Origin: a virus
Lineage: Duplodnaviria; Caudoviricetes
Length of the DNA: 64,000 nucleotides
Virus record (IMG/VR): IMGVR_UViG_3300011008_000004
Coordinates: 32,001-96,000 of that record
Reading direction: 5' to 3' (one strand)
Part shown: positions 1 to 11,296 of the stretch, in pieces
How the letters are laid out: each line of letters starts with the position of its first letter
How positions within the stretch are numbered: the stretch's first letter is position 1
Program-made: the position numbers and the translations under genes
Notes under the pieces: model-generated
Database searches by the model: none
The model's input: the letters and a program-made list of their open reading frames with translations, nothing else
What the model was told of the DNA's origin: nothing

Positions 1-508
1 ATGATCTAAACGGTGTAGTAATCTTATTCCAATGTTTTAATGGTTCTGTTCTACATAACGTTCCCGATACTGGGTTTTCAATACGATTAATGTATGCAAC
101 TTTTGGAATATAATAAATCCACTGCCAATTTCTTTTTATAGCACTTACATAAGATTGTTCACCGACATACCAATTAAAATTATGTGTGGTTTGTTTTCCA
201 AGTAATAACTTATTTCTTATTTGATCAACTACTTCTGACATCCAAATTTTCCAATTACTATCAGACATAGATTCATCAAGTCCTAACTCAGTATCGTTTA
301 TCTTACAAACAATAACGGTATCATCAGTTAAAAAATTTGATATGATTCTAAATCTTTTCTGTAAAGGTAAAATATCTCCACCTCTATCGTCATCATATCC
401 GCAAACAAAAACAAATGTAATATCATTTTCTTTCTTTGCTTGCATTATAAGATCCATATGACCTTGATGTAAAGGACAATAAGTCCCAAAAGTTATTCCT
501 ATATTCAT
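1..508 (-). CDS. HIGH-family nucleotidyltransferase (NadR/cytidyltransferase-like), 3'-partial
   Basis: Manual translation from ATG at 508: MNIGITFGTYCPLHQGHMDLIMQAKKEND..., HxGH motif; runs off the window. Confidence 0.75.
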   Translation of the reverse strand, partial: MNIGITFGTYCPLHQGHMDLIMQAKKENDITFVFVCGYDDDRGGDILPLQKRFRIISNFLTDDTVIVCKINDTELGLDESMSDSNWKIWMSEVVDQIRNKLLLGKQTTHNFNWYVGEQSYVSAIKRNWQWIYYIPKVAYINRIENPVSGTLCRTEPLKHWNKITTPFRS

Positions 509-537
509 AATTATCACCTATAATATTTTACAATATA

Positions 538-581
538 ATTATAAAACAAAAGCTGAGAAATGTCAACTAATTTTCTCAGCT
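538..581 (-). promoter_or_regulatory. Sigma70-type promoter overlapping a terminator hairpin
   Basis: TTGACA-17 nt-TATAAT on the minus strand; the -35 box lies in the loop of inverted repeat AGCTGAGAAA/TTTCTCAGCT. Confidence 0.85.
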
Positions 582-1992
582 TAAAATAAATTATAGATTA
601 TAATAATCTTTCAATGCATCTATATTGTCTAGTATCTTTTGAATCACTGGTTTAAATGCTTTCTTTATTTCTTCAAGATCTTGTAAATCTTGTTTAACTA
701 TTTCTAAACAATCTACCATTTCATCTACATCTTTACAATCACATGAAGGATTTTCATATGTATCAATTCCAAATTTAAGATTACCTTCATTTGAATTCAT
801 ACATAATGTATGATCTAACTTTTCTAAAGCTTCTAATCCTGTCATTACTTCATCTCCTTAGATTTTTTTTTTAGAATCTACATTAGACTCTGTTAACTTA
901 AATAAATCTTTAGGACATGAACAATAGGTGCCATTATCTTTATTTATTACATACATTGCATTTTCCATTTCAAATATAGCTCTATTATTATCACTCATGA
1001 TTAACTTATATTCTTTACTTCTCGCTTCAAGCGGTAAACATAGTTCTATAAGATTCCCATTTTTAATATAATTTACTATAGGGTATACCAAACAAATACC
1101 TTGCATAAATCTATCAGTAATAATTACTTTATTATTATCATACGATAAGAACTTGTTTAATTTTCTCTGATCATCTAAATCAGATTCTAATTGTTCTATT
1201 CTACGTTTAAGTTCTCTAACTATTTTATTCATGTTTTTTCTCCTTATTTTTCTTAAGTTCTTCAACTATTCTATTCTTTTCTTCATCTGCATAACTTATT
1301 TGTTTCTTCCTTTGAAGATCTATAATATGTTTAAGTTGATCTGAACTTAATAAGTATAAATGTTCATACACTACACTTTCTCTCTTACTTCTATCAGGAT
1401 GACAACTACCAGCATAATAACATTGACACCCACAATCTTTTTCATTAGGGTATAAAGGATAACCACAAATAGGACATATAGCATTTGGATCTCTTTTAAC
1501 TTTATCTTTAGCCTTTTTTAATTCAGCTTTAGCTTTCTTTCTTACATCTTCATAAAAGTCACATTTAGTTCTGTCTCCGCCGCAGCTACAAGGATCACAT
1601 TCTCTAGTGCCATAACATTCAGTAACTTCTTCATCAATATAATCTTTCTTTATGCCATGTGCATAGTAGTAACCTTTTTCAAAATCATTTAAATAACGTC
1701 TCTCTTTTCTAACATGATAACTATCACACTTTTTCATTATTTAACCTCTATACCTAAATTTAATACAGCTCTCGCTATCGGAAATACACCGCAATCATAT
1801 AATAAAATTGTTGCTAAGTCTTTATCATACGTTACTTTATATCTAGTGATTTCATGACAAATAATTAAGTCATTTAAAAGACTATGCAACTTTTTCTTAC
1901 ATTCATCTAAATTAGAATTACTTGAACAAAACTCAGTCATTTTGTAAGCAACCTTTGTTGTATATACTATTTCAAAATCTCTATAAAGTTTA

Positions 1993-2430
1993 TCATTCAT
2001 GATTCTTTTCTAAAAGTTTAACGTTATCAAATACATTACCTATAACTTTATAATCATTAAAAGACCAAGTTATAAAATTCATAAAGTTGTTTTTACATGT
2101 GTATAATCCATAGTTATCGTCATAAACTATATAGCCTATCTTTTTAGCACCTCTACCATATACATCGACATCTTCTACTTGATTCACAGTTACTTCTACG
2201 ATATCACCTTCAAATATTTCTACATCGTTTTCGTCTATAATTCCTGTAGACATTCCTACAGTATAAGGATCTACTTCATCAGCGTCTAAGCCATTGATAT
2301 AGCCTTCATCTAAATCATATGTAGTACCTTGCTTAGCTAAAACGTCATCACCTATTAAATAACCTTTAACCCATTTGCCTGTAGCTTTGGATTTACCTCT
2401 ATGTAAATTCTTATTCATAACATACCTCAT
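1993..2430 (-). CDS. YopX-family protein
   Basis: RGK..GKWVKG, TG..D.N..EIFEGDIV and VIGNVFDN motifs. Confidence 0.85.
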   Translation of the reverse strand: MRYVMNKNLHRGKSKATGKWVKGYLIGDDVLAKQGTTYDLDEGYINGLDADEVDPYTVGMSTGIIDENDVEIFEGDIVEVTVNQVEDVDVYGRGAKKIGYIVYDDNYGLYTCKNNFMNFITWSFNDYKVIGNVFDNVKLLEKNHE

Positions 2431-2447
2431 TATATATTTACAAATTT

Positions 2448-2491
2448 ATTGTAAAACAAAAGTGACCAAATGTCAACTAATTTTGGTCACT
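2448..2491 (-). promoter_or_regulatory. Sigma70-type promoter overlapping a terminator hairpin
   Basis: TTGACA-17-TACAAT; -35 in the loop of AGTGACCAAA/TTTGGTCACT. Confidence 0.85.
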
Positions 2492-5400
2492 TAATCAAAT
2501 TATTTGTTCTCTTCATCTACTAAGTCTCTATAATCTATTTCTAAATTTTTATTAGCCCATCGACCAAATTGTGTCTTATAATAATTAGGGTGTTCTTTCA
2601 AAAATTCATTTAATTGATTATTATAATCTTCTTCATCTAAGAAATATCTATAAGTATTATCTGGCATTTCTCTTTCTATCATAACTATTTCATCGGAATC
2701 TACAAATTGAAATTTCCCTTCATCATCACAATCGTAGAATCTTTGACACCATTCTACTTCTATAGTTTCGCCATCCGTAGTTACGTGTATATCATTATAG
2801 TATCCGCACTCAGATTTACTTGCAAACATTAATAAACTGTTTATAAATTCTAAGTGAAGACCTTTCTTAACATCTTCTTTTCCAAAAAATTGTACATTAT
2901 AATTTCTATTCATTCTATCACCTTATTTGCTAATTCTAGAATATCATGAGCTACTTTAATCATTGGTTTAACTATTTGCCATTCAGCATCAGCTATATCT
3001 AAAATTCTAGTGTCAACACTAGTTATTTCACAGCAACCGTGTACATTGTCCCATGCAATGTCCATAATTACATAATAATTATTTTCACTAAAACTCGATA
3101 ACTTATCTATGCATAAGCCTTCTTTTTCACTTACTTCTTCATGATTAATTTTGGTTATAGTGCATAATCTATAATTATTAGATTCTACAAGTACTTTCAT
3201 TTACATACCTCAACGATCTTCTAGTAAATCACAAGCGTAATCAGACAAATTTGTTTTAGGATATATTTCAAGTGCGTAATAAAGAATTATTGGAAATCCT
3301 GGTATCTCTAATAAGATCCAGAGTATATTACCAGTGAACGCTGAAGGCAGCGCTAATGCAGTAATAACTGCTATGATTGGTAAACATAACGTTGCAAGTA
3401 AAATTAGAACTCCAAAACAAAATTTTAAAAATTTCATATGCTACACCCCTTATGCAATGAATAATCATGCGCATTTTTTATAAATTCAGCTACTTCAGGA
3501 AATTTATCTACTTCAAAGCTGAATGTTACAGTTGCAATGTTGCTATATAAACTACACTCATTAGTAACTGATTCAATATGATGTCTAATGAATTCTAAAA
3601 TCTTAAGATCTCTAAAGATTAATTCATCATAGTCTTTATTTCGTTTATATTTATATCCAACATTAACCAGTTTATCACTTGACTCAACTAACGATTTATA
3701 CGCTTCTAAGCCTGTCATTAGATACCTTCTTTTTTACGTAAATCTAAATACGCCGATGTAAGCCTCTTAATATGTTCCTGTGTTCCAGGATAAGGCTCGA
3801 TCTCATCTTCTCTCACAAACACTGGACAGTTTATGTCTTCTGCTTTTAGTTGACCACACTTATATGCACTATATGCACGATCAAATTCAAATAGTACACC
3901 ATATTTCTTTTTATCATATCTAATCTGGTCTACTGGAAGTCTCTTAACTATAACAGCTCTTCTAATAGGATCTTTAAGAATTACTTCATCATTTACATCG
4001 TATAAATAAGATAATTCTAAAATTGTTTCTTTCAATTTCTCAGTAGCTTTAATTTGCTTTTTTAATTGTTTTTTAATTTTCTTAGCATATTGATCGGCTG
4101 TTTCTTTATCTAAATATCTATTAACTATGAAATCAACCGTAGGCACGTCTGATTTAACTACGTTATATAGTTCATTAGAAATATTGTTACTAACTTCCAA
4201 ATCTATTTTCTTTATACGTTCACTCATCAATTATTCACCTTATCATATCTTGTATATTTTAACGTTAAGTCTGCGTCATTTAAATTAGACCAAACATAAT
4301 CTATAAATATATTCCAGTTATTTTGAACTTGTTCAAACATATCTATCTTCTTAGATATGTCTAACTCTACGCTGTGTCTATAAGTAACTGGTTCACTCAC
4401 TAATTTTTCAAGTTCTTTATGCGTTATTGACGTAGGCCAGTCTGTTAAAACAATCTCACATTCACATCTAGACCAGAAATAGTATCTTAAAACTGTTTCT
4501 AATCTCTTAGCAAATACTTCATCTTTAAACTTATTGTTAAATCCACCAGCTTTCATACAAGTCTCTGGATTAAATTCTACGTTCATACCATTTTTATTAT
4601 AGGCATAGAACCAAGTTTCATTGAATTTTTTATAACCTTTTTTATATTCTTTACGAAGTTCAACTAGTTCTTCTCTTATAAAATCATAATCAAGAATATT
4701 TACTAACTCAATTTTATTGCTTGAACTTCTATGATACACATTAAAAATTAGTTCTTTCTTCATTCACTATATTCCTTAACTTTTTGCTCACAACTCCAGC
4801 ACATCATTGAGCCTCTATAAGTTTCGTCCATAGGTTCACCACACACTACACATACAGGTCCATTAGATGAAATCTTAGATACGTTATAAGCTGGTTTTGT
4901 CTCTATAGGTTCTACTAAATCATCTATGACAGCGATAACTATACCTACTTCATCTGTACAGTCTCTAAAACCGTCTATAGCTGGACAGATAGAAATTACT
5001 TCATTATCTCTATATGGACATTTCTCTACCTCAGGATGTACTTTGAAATATTCTTCTTCACCAGGACCTATAGCTATTTGCCAATCCATTCCCTTCCAAA
5101 GCAAATCCCACTCCCAAATCATGACTTTATCATCTTCTGGATCTGGAACTTTATGTTTATTATATAAATAAACCACATCGTTATGACTTACATATTTCTC
5201 TACAAATTCTACTAATTTCATCTTCACTCCTATAGCTTAAATAGAACAATTCCTGCTAAAAGTCCAATTAAAAAGCAAATCGCTGTTATTAACCAGTTCA
5301 TATCTCTTTACTCCTCACTTTTATATAGTATAGTCTTTAAATTCCTTGATTGTTTCTACGTTTGCGCTAATCATGCCATCATCTCTAACTTCATGTAAGA

Positions 5401-6801
5401 CAATATCACCATCTTTATTAACACAAACAACTACATCCCACATATCATTGCCGTATTCATTTCTTGCGCACAAAAGGACAAGCTTATTTTCTTTAATGGC
5501 TGCGATATTAGCAACAAGTAATTCACCTAAAACTTTTACAGCAGGGTTTTCATAGTTAGTACAGAACTTAATACCTGTAGCATATTCTGAATTAGAGTAT
5601 TCTGCTTCGTTCCTATATCTATTACCCCAAAGAACATCATCATAAAGTTCTTCGTTATTAGCTTCTTCAAAATCAATAATATCCCAATAATTTGCTACGC
5701 GTTCTCCATACCCTTTAGCTAAGATAAGATTATTTTCATCACCTGTAAAAATCTCATCTAAATATCTTTTAATTTCTTTTTTATCTAGTTTCATTAGTCG
5801 CAATCCTCTTCATTAGTTACTAATTCGAACTTCATTTCGTCAACATAATCATACCAGATAGATTCTTTACCAGGTTCGCAGCCATAATTTACTAAACCTA
5901 CTAAATATCTATCTCCTACTTTAATCATATTCACGAAATAATAGTAATTGCATTCTTCATCTTCATGATCTTTAAACCAAACTCTAAATAAGTCGGTATC
6001 TTTTACACAATTACTAAACCACGCTTCTATATCACCACAGAAGTTTTTACTTCTTTCATAAAAATCTTTATTTGTCATATAAAATCTCCTAAAGAATTAT
6101 ACAGATTTACTCTGTTCAGAAACAATATAATCATATAATTTTTCAGGAGATGATATGTCATAAAAGACTTCTTCATCATTTATAAATTCACTTATGCATT
6201 TATTAGATCCAGGTTCTCTACCAAAATCTCTTTCATACATAAAGTAACCTATAATGTCTCCACCATCAAATACATCATCAATTCTGTAATCAATTTTCAT
6301 GAGATCGCATAGCATCTTTCTCATCTTCTCAATAACATCTGTGAAGATAAAAATGCTATTAACATTTTGTGCACCAAAACACTTCGAGAGGTCCTTATTG
6401 AACTTTCGCTCCTTCTTAATTAGATTGTCTATATAATTTATATACTCTACAAATCTATCCTTAGAAATCATTGTTTTACATTCCTTATATATTACTTCAA
6501 CCAAGCGTCTCCAATGCTATTAAGATACTCTTTATCAAAATTCTTTTCTATAAAGTCATATCTATCGATGTCAGGAATTACTTTCTCTTCAATTAAAAAA
6601 GCAACATAATCTTCATAATTCATACAATCTATAATTGTCTTATTAGTTACGTCAAATTCTTTAGCAGTTTCGTCTATAGCTTTTGATACACTTTTAAGTT
6701 CTTTCTTATTTCTTTCAATAGCATCTCTATACTTATTCTCTAATTCAATTTCCTTTAAAACATCCATAATTGTGACACCTCAAAATTATTTTTATAAAGA
6801 T

Positions 6802-6830
6802 ATTATACACTAATAGCGTTAAAAAGTCAA
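6802..6830 (-). promoter_or_regulatory. Sigma70-type promoter
   Basis: TTGACT-17-TATAAT, intergenic. Confidence 0.8.
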
Positions 6831-7226
6831 CTATAAAATAAAAGCTACTCTTCATTGAGTAGCTTCTTTAGTAAATTTCTAGTTGGTCTTCATAGTACCA
6901 AACTACTTTTAAATATTTTAAATTATCAACTTTCTTATACTGATGTGTTACAGCATATACAAACTTATCTTTATATTTAAGCTTGTCTATTATAACACCT
7001 GTAGATTTTGAACCTTCAATTTTTACTTTAGTATTTATTTGAAAACTAAACAGATTCTTATATTTCAATAAATTTGTGTATCTTATATAATCTTCGCATG
7101 TCCTAATATCTTTGTCTATATCTATTTGAATTTTTAACAAGCCTTTTGGATATAAGCTACAAATATACACTATAAATAATATTGTAAGCATAGTCCAAGC
7201 GATTATTTGAACTATCATATCAAAAC

Positions 7227-7694
7227 TCATACTTTCTCCACAATGTAAATGTCTTTATGATACATTTCAGATAAGTCTTTTAGATATTCTTCTACAAATT
7301 CCCAATTACCATGAGCTAATCCACATCCTATATTTTTAGGAACATATATCTTATTATCGCTACAAGAATACATATCTACTATATCACACAAACCCTTAAA
7401 TAACGCAGCGTAATTAGTGTATCGTTTATCTTCACGTCCATAATTAAATTGGCCATAAACATTAGCGATTATAATATCTTTACTAGGACTATAGTAACAT
7501 ACTCTACCTAAACAATTAAATCGTGCAGAATAAGTGTGAGTATTTAAAAAAGTTTTATACTCATCAAAAACTTTAGGCCATTTATCTCTAATAGCTTTAG
7601 CAAGCCCACTCCCCATCACAGATTGGCAATTCACTTGTTGACAAATTATTCCAGACTCTATTTCAGTTATATCACCTTGAATATATTTTAACAT
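7227..7694 (-). CDS. Macro-domain protein (ADP-ribose processing)
   Basis: GDI, ICQQVNCQSVMGSGLAKAI and IGCGLAHGNW motifs. Confidence 0.9.
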   Translation of the reverse strand: MLKYIQGDITEIESGIICQQVNCQSVMGSGLAKAIRDKWPKVFDEYKTFLNTHTYSARFNCLGRVCYYSPSKDIIIANVYGQFNYGREDKRYTNYAALFKGLCDIVDMYSCSDNKIYVPKNIGCGLAHGNWEFVEEYLKDLSEMYHKDIYIVEKV

Positions 7695-8182
7695 TATTTC
7701 ACCTCAGATTTCTTGTAATCTTCACCAGTACAATCTTTATAGGCTTTCTTAAGAACTTTTGTAAATTGGTAATGCTCTATAGGATCTTTAACTAAAGATG
7801 TTAAGACATAATTCACTAAATCATACATACAATCTTTCTTATATCTTTGTCTATATTCAATTGGAAAATCATTTATTGCTTCAGTATATCTAGCTTCTTC
7901 TACACTCTGATATTCTGAATAATTTTCACAATCATCACAAGGAGCATATTCCTTAAATCTTTCACCGTAATCTATAGTGTAGACACAAGTTTCGCATTTA
8001 TTCATTACCAATGTCCTCTTCTTTGCACAATAGTTTAAGTAGAATTAATGACAGCATAGATTCATCTTGTTCCTTAAAACAGTACTCTTGATCTTCTGCT
8101 GTGATTTTAACTCTAGTAGGAAGTTTATATGTTTTACCATTTACTTTAATTCTAGAGACTACTTCATCTTTATACATGAATA

Positions 8183-8623
8183 TCAACCTCTAAGAATTTT
8201 ATTAACTAACCCAGCAATCTTACTCTTATCAAAAGAATTACCGACTTCTTTTATAGTTGCTCCTATAATCTTTCCTTGATTAGATTCTCCTGAATCTACA
8301 ATCTTTTTAATAATGGTGATAACTTCATCTTCAGACAATTCTTTAGGAAGATATTGAGACAACTCTTTTACTTGATTCTCTAAAACTATAAATTGTTCTT
8401 GTTCAGGTTTATAATAAGATTGAGTTTCCTTTAACTCTTTAATTATTTTAATAATTAAACCTTGAACTGCATCATCAGGAAGTTCTTTCATAGTTACAGG
8501 ATACTTACCTGATTTTTCTTCATTTATCATTCTTGCAACTACTTGTTCATAAGTAGCCTTTAATTCTTTATTTTGAGCTTTTCTTGCGTCTATAAATTTG
8601 TTTTTAATTTCTGTTGCTAACAT
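8183..8623 (-). CDS. GatB/YqeY domain protein
   Basis: N-terminal ARKA, LSQYLPKELSEDEV, GKIIG patterns; about 146 aa. Confidence 0.8.
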   Translation of the reverse strand: MLATEIKNKFIDARKAQNKELKATYEQVVARMINEEKSGKYPVTMKELPDDAVQGLIIKIIKELKETQSYYKPEQEQFIVLENQVKELSQYLPKELSEDEVITIIKKIVDSGESNQGKIIGATIKEVGNSFDKSKIAGLVNKILRG

Positions 8624-8624
8624 A

Positions 8625-9059
8625 TCACACCTCTATTATAATCTATATACAATACGTATGATATAACTTAGTTAGTTTACTATACTGCTTTTCACTAAAA
8701 TCTTTTTGTCCACGTCTATACTTTTCTAGTAAATTATGATAGCATATTGCTAAATATTCTGCATTATGTTCGTCATATTTAAGTGGTTCGTCATCTTCAT
8801 GAGTATAAACACCCGACATCAAAAAATTTGAAAAATAATTTCTATAATTATCCCAAGACTTTATAGAGATGCCCCTATTAACCATCTCTACTAAAACTTT
8901 ATTAGAGTAATAATATAAGTAATCTTTTGGATACTTATAAATATAGTTTATCAAAATATGTTTATCTTGTTTCTTAAAAATAGAATTTAATTCTCGCCAT
9001 TGTGCTAATAGCTGACTTTTAGGTAAATATGGAATTAAATCTATGTGCCATAATCTCAT
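8625..9059 (-). CDS. Pyrimidine-dimer DNA glycosylase / endonuclease V-like
   Basis: MRLWHIDLIPYLPKSQLLAQWRE N-terminus; ends at TAG 8643 in the standard code or TGA 8625 in code 15. Confidence 0.8.
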
Positions 9060-9090
9060 AGTAAATCTCCTTAATATAATTTACAATAAT

Positions 9091-9119
9091 ATTATAAATC
9101 ATTTAACTTAAAACGTCAA
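9091..9119 (-). promoter_or_regulatory. Sigma70-type promoter
   Basis: TTGACG-17-TATAAT. Confidence 0.8.
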
Positions 9120-9140
9120 CTAATTTATAACTACGCATAA

Positions 9141-9177
9141 AATAACGCATGTCAACATAGTCAACACGCGTTATTTT
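9141..9177 (-). terminator. Probable intrinsic terminator closing the tail-fibre/DGR operon
   Basis: Imperfect inverted repeat AATAACGC...GCGTTATT with T-rich tail. Confidence 0.55.
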
Positions 9178-9212
9178 AATTATAAAGAAAAATAAATTAT
9201 ATTAAGTAAACT

Positions 9213-9488
9213 TTATTTTAATATTTTATCTATGCACTCTTGAATAAATGTGCAGTAGTCATCCCACTCTTCAATCGGTAATACGCCCATAGCTTGTTTT
9301 CTTAAAATAGATAATTCTTTAGACAGCGATATTTTTTCACGAATCAACTGTTCAATCTTTCTATCGTCATCAACTCTATCATTAAGTAACTTCATATCTT
9401 CACCTAAAGATATCAGTGAATCTATTGCGTCTATTTCTTGTGCATTAAATCCAAATCTATTTAATTTATTACGTAAAATTGATTTCAT
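9213..9488 (-). CDS. Hypothetical protein, possibly tail-fibre-associated chaperone
   Basis: LIREKISLSKELSILRK...W.DY..FI.EC pattern; starts 2 nt after the RT stop. Confidence 0.4.
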   Translation of the reverse strand: MKSILRNKLNRFGFNAQEIDAIDSLISLGEDMKLLNDRVDDDRKIEQLIREKISLSKELSILRKQAMGVLPIEEWDDYCTFIQECIDKILK

Positions 9489-9490
9489 AT

Positions 9491-10525
9491 TTACTATTCC
9501 TTAATTATTTTATATTTTAATAAACTATAATATAGCTCATTTAATAATTTTATTTTCTATAAATTATCTGCTCTTGCTAAATAAGTTCTATAGCAAGTAT
9601 AACTGGTTGTGAACTCATTAATAGACTACTTAAAAATCTTTTTCTTAAGTTTTCTTCGTAACTTTTTCAGATACTAAGTTGTAGCTATCTAATAAACTTT
9701 ACCTTTATCATTTAATAAAAATTTAAAACCTAAAAATGTGACTCCCTTATATAGATGTGTGTAACTTGTTTTATCTTTATTTATCTATAAATCAACATCA
9801 TTAAGTTGCTAAGCTATCTTATCTATGTATGTCTAAGGCGAGCTATTAACAATCAATATCATATCATCCATATATCTAATATAAAACTTAACCTTTAAAG
9901 TTTCTTTTATATAATGATCAAGTTTATCTAAATATATCAAACCTAAAATCTAAACCAGCTATGATCCTGCGTTATAACCTATAGCATTATCATTATCGTA
10001 AACTTTTAATATATCATGAACTTTTGAAAAATATTCATCTTGTAATTTCTGTTTAAACAATGCTTCGCTTCTATTATGTCTTATGTTATTATAATACTTT
10101 TTAACGTCTATATGAATTAAATAACCTTTATTATCTCTATAAATTTCATAATACTGCCTTAAAAATTTCTTTAGAGATTGTCTAGCATAATCTGTGCCTT
10201 TATGTTTCTAACAAGCACAATTATAAGTTATTAAAGATCTAGTCATTGTTGGATATATCACTAAATCATTTAATAGTCTCTAATATATTCTATCTCTAAA
10301 TGATATTGCAAGTACTTCTCGTTCTTTTGGATCATGTATTTTAAATTTTTTATGTTTACGCTCTACATATGTATTACTATTTATTTCAGAATATAACTTA
10401 TATGTTTCTTCTAATTGATTTAAAACGTAATGCTAAACTGTTTTCTTCCATTTTACACCGTGAGAACATTTATTGCAACTATCATACAAATTATTAAAAG
10501 TATAAATATTATTAATATCTTTCAT
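9491..10525 (-). CDS. DGR reverse transcriptase, 344 aa in code 15
   Basis: One frame with 13 in-frame TAG and no TAA/TGA until 9491. Motifs: PKERE, FRDRIY(Q)R, CAC(Q)KHKG, IDVKKYY, GYNAGS(Q)LV(Q), YIRYMDD, FLGF. Confidence 0.95.
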
Positions 10526-10692
10526 TGCAGATCAATAAGTATGTAACAATTATGTAACTAATCTTACGTGCAGAATTAATTATCTCACTATAAGACTAGT
10601 TACCTTGTTACACTTTGTTATTAAGAGAGTTAAGCTCCTTTTATGAAAACACAATATAACGTCACTATGTGATGTATCTTTTTATGCTCTAG

Positions 10693-10798
10693 TAAAATCG
10701 GAGAAACGCCATTACTATTGTATGCGTTGTTGTTGTTGAGGTTACCTGAAGTATTCAGATTCCACACATTGTTAGAATTACTACGATTAGGCGATCTA
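10693..10798 (-). repeat. DGR template repeat (TR)
   Basis: AAY-rich (AGA TCG CCT AAT CGT AGT AAT TCT AAC AAT GTG TGG AAT...GGC GTT TCT CCG); differs from 11306-11414 only at adenines plus one codon indel. Confidence 0.96.
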
Positions 10799-10831
10799 CA
10801 GCGACACTCTCTATATTAGACTATTCAAAAT

Positions 10832-11247
10832 TTAATTATTTTGAATACGCTTAATATCACTATTAATCCACTTTAATGGTGTTTCTTTGATATTTAAAAC
10901 ATGACCAACAACATATTCTACACGATTACTCTTAGATGAAAAGCTTTCATGGCAATGTCCCATATAGACAAGAAATCTATGCAATTTTGTATCGCTAATC
11001 TCTATAATCTATATCGTTCATCTTTATTTTTATCATCTAATTTAGTGTTATTCGCTTTCCATAAATTAGTATGAATATCTATTGCTAACTAATTCAATCT
11101 ATCAGTTATAGACGTTTGAAATATTGGCAAAAATATTCTCTAATTCTTTGTTATCTTTAAAATATAAATAGCGAATGACTATGATTCCATAAATAAGTCT
11201 AATGTATTATCACTATTTTTATTACGTTTCCAAGCAGGTACTGACAT
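10832..11247 (-). CDS. avd: DGR accessory protein (Avd-like four-helix bundle), code 15, apparent 1-nt frameshift near 10931
   Basis: MSVPAWKR...WKANN...ERYRL(Q)RLAIQNC...DIAMKAFHL, then KSNRVEY...KWINSDIKR in the adjacent frame; lies between VR and TR; 4 in-frame TAG before the shift. Confidence 0.75.
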
Positions 11248-11259
11248 ATCACCTCTTAA

Positions 11260-11283
11260 TGTAATGCAAATGGTTGCATTACA
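11260..11283 (-). promoter_or_regulatory. DGR cis-acting hairpin downstream of VR
   Basis: Perfect 10-bp stem TGTAATGCAA/TTGCATTACA with a 4-nt loop, about 13 nt after the target stop. Confidence 0.8.
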
Positions 11284-11296
11284 ATTAGTTAATTAT

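Larger units (their letters stand above)
591..7230 (-). other. Block of about 20 small, tightly packed hypothetical phage genes (likely early region)
   Basis: ORF track; abutting or overlapping start/stop codons, GAGG RBSs, intact in the standard code. Confidence 0.75.

Noticed and set aside
9491-10525. RT as a pseudogene, group II intron or retron
   Set aside because: All internal stops are TAG, several at conserved Gln sites; the adjacent TR/VR pair and avd-like gene identify a DGR
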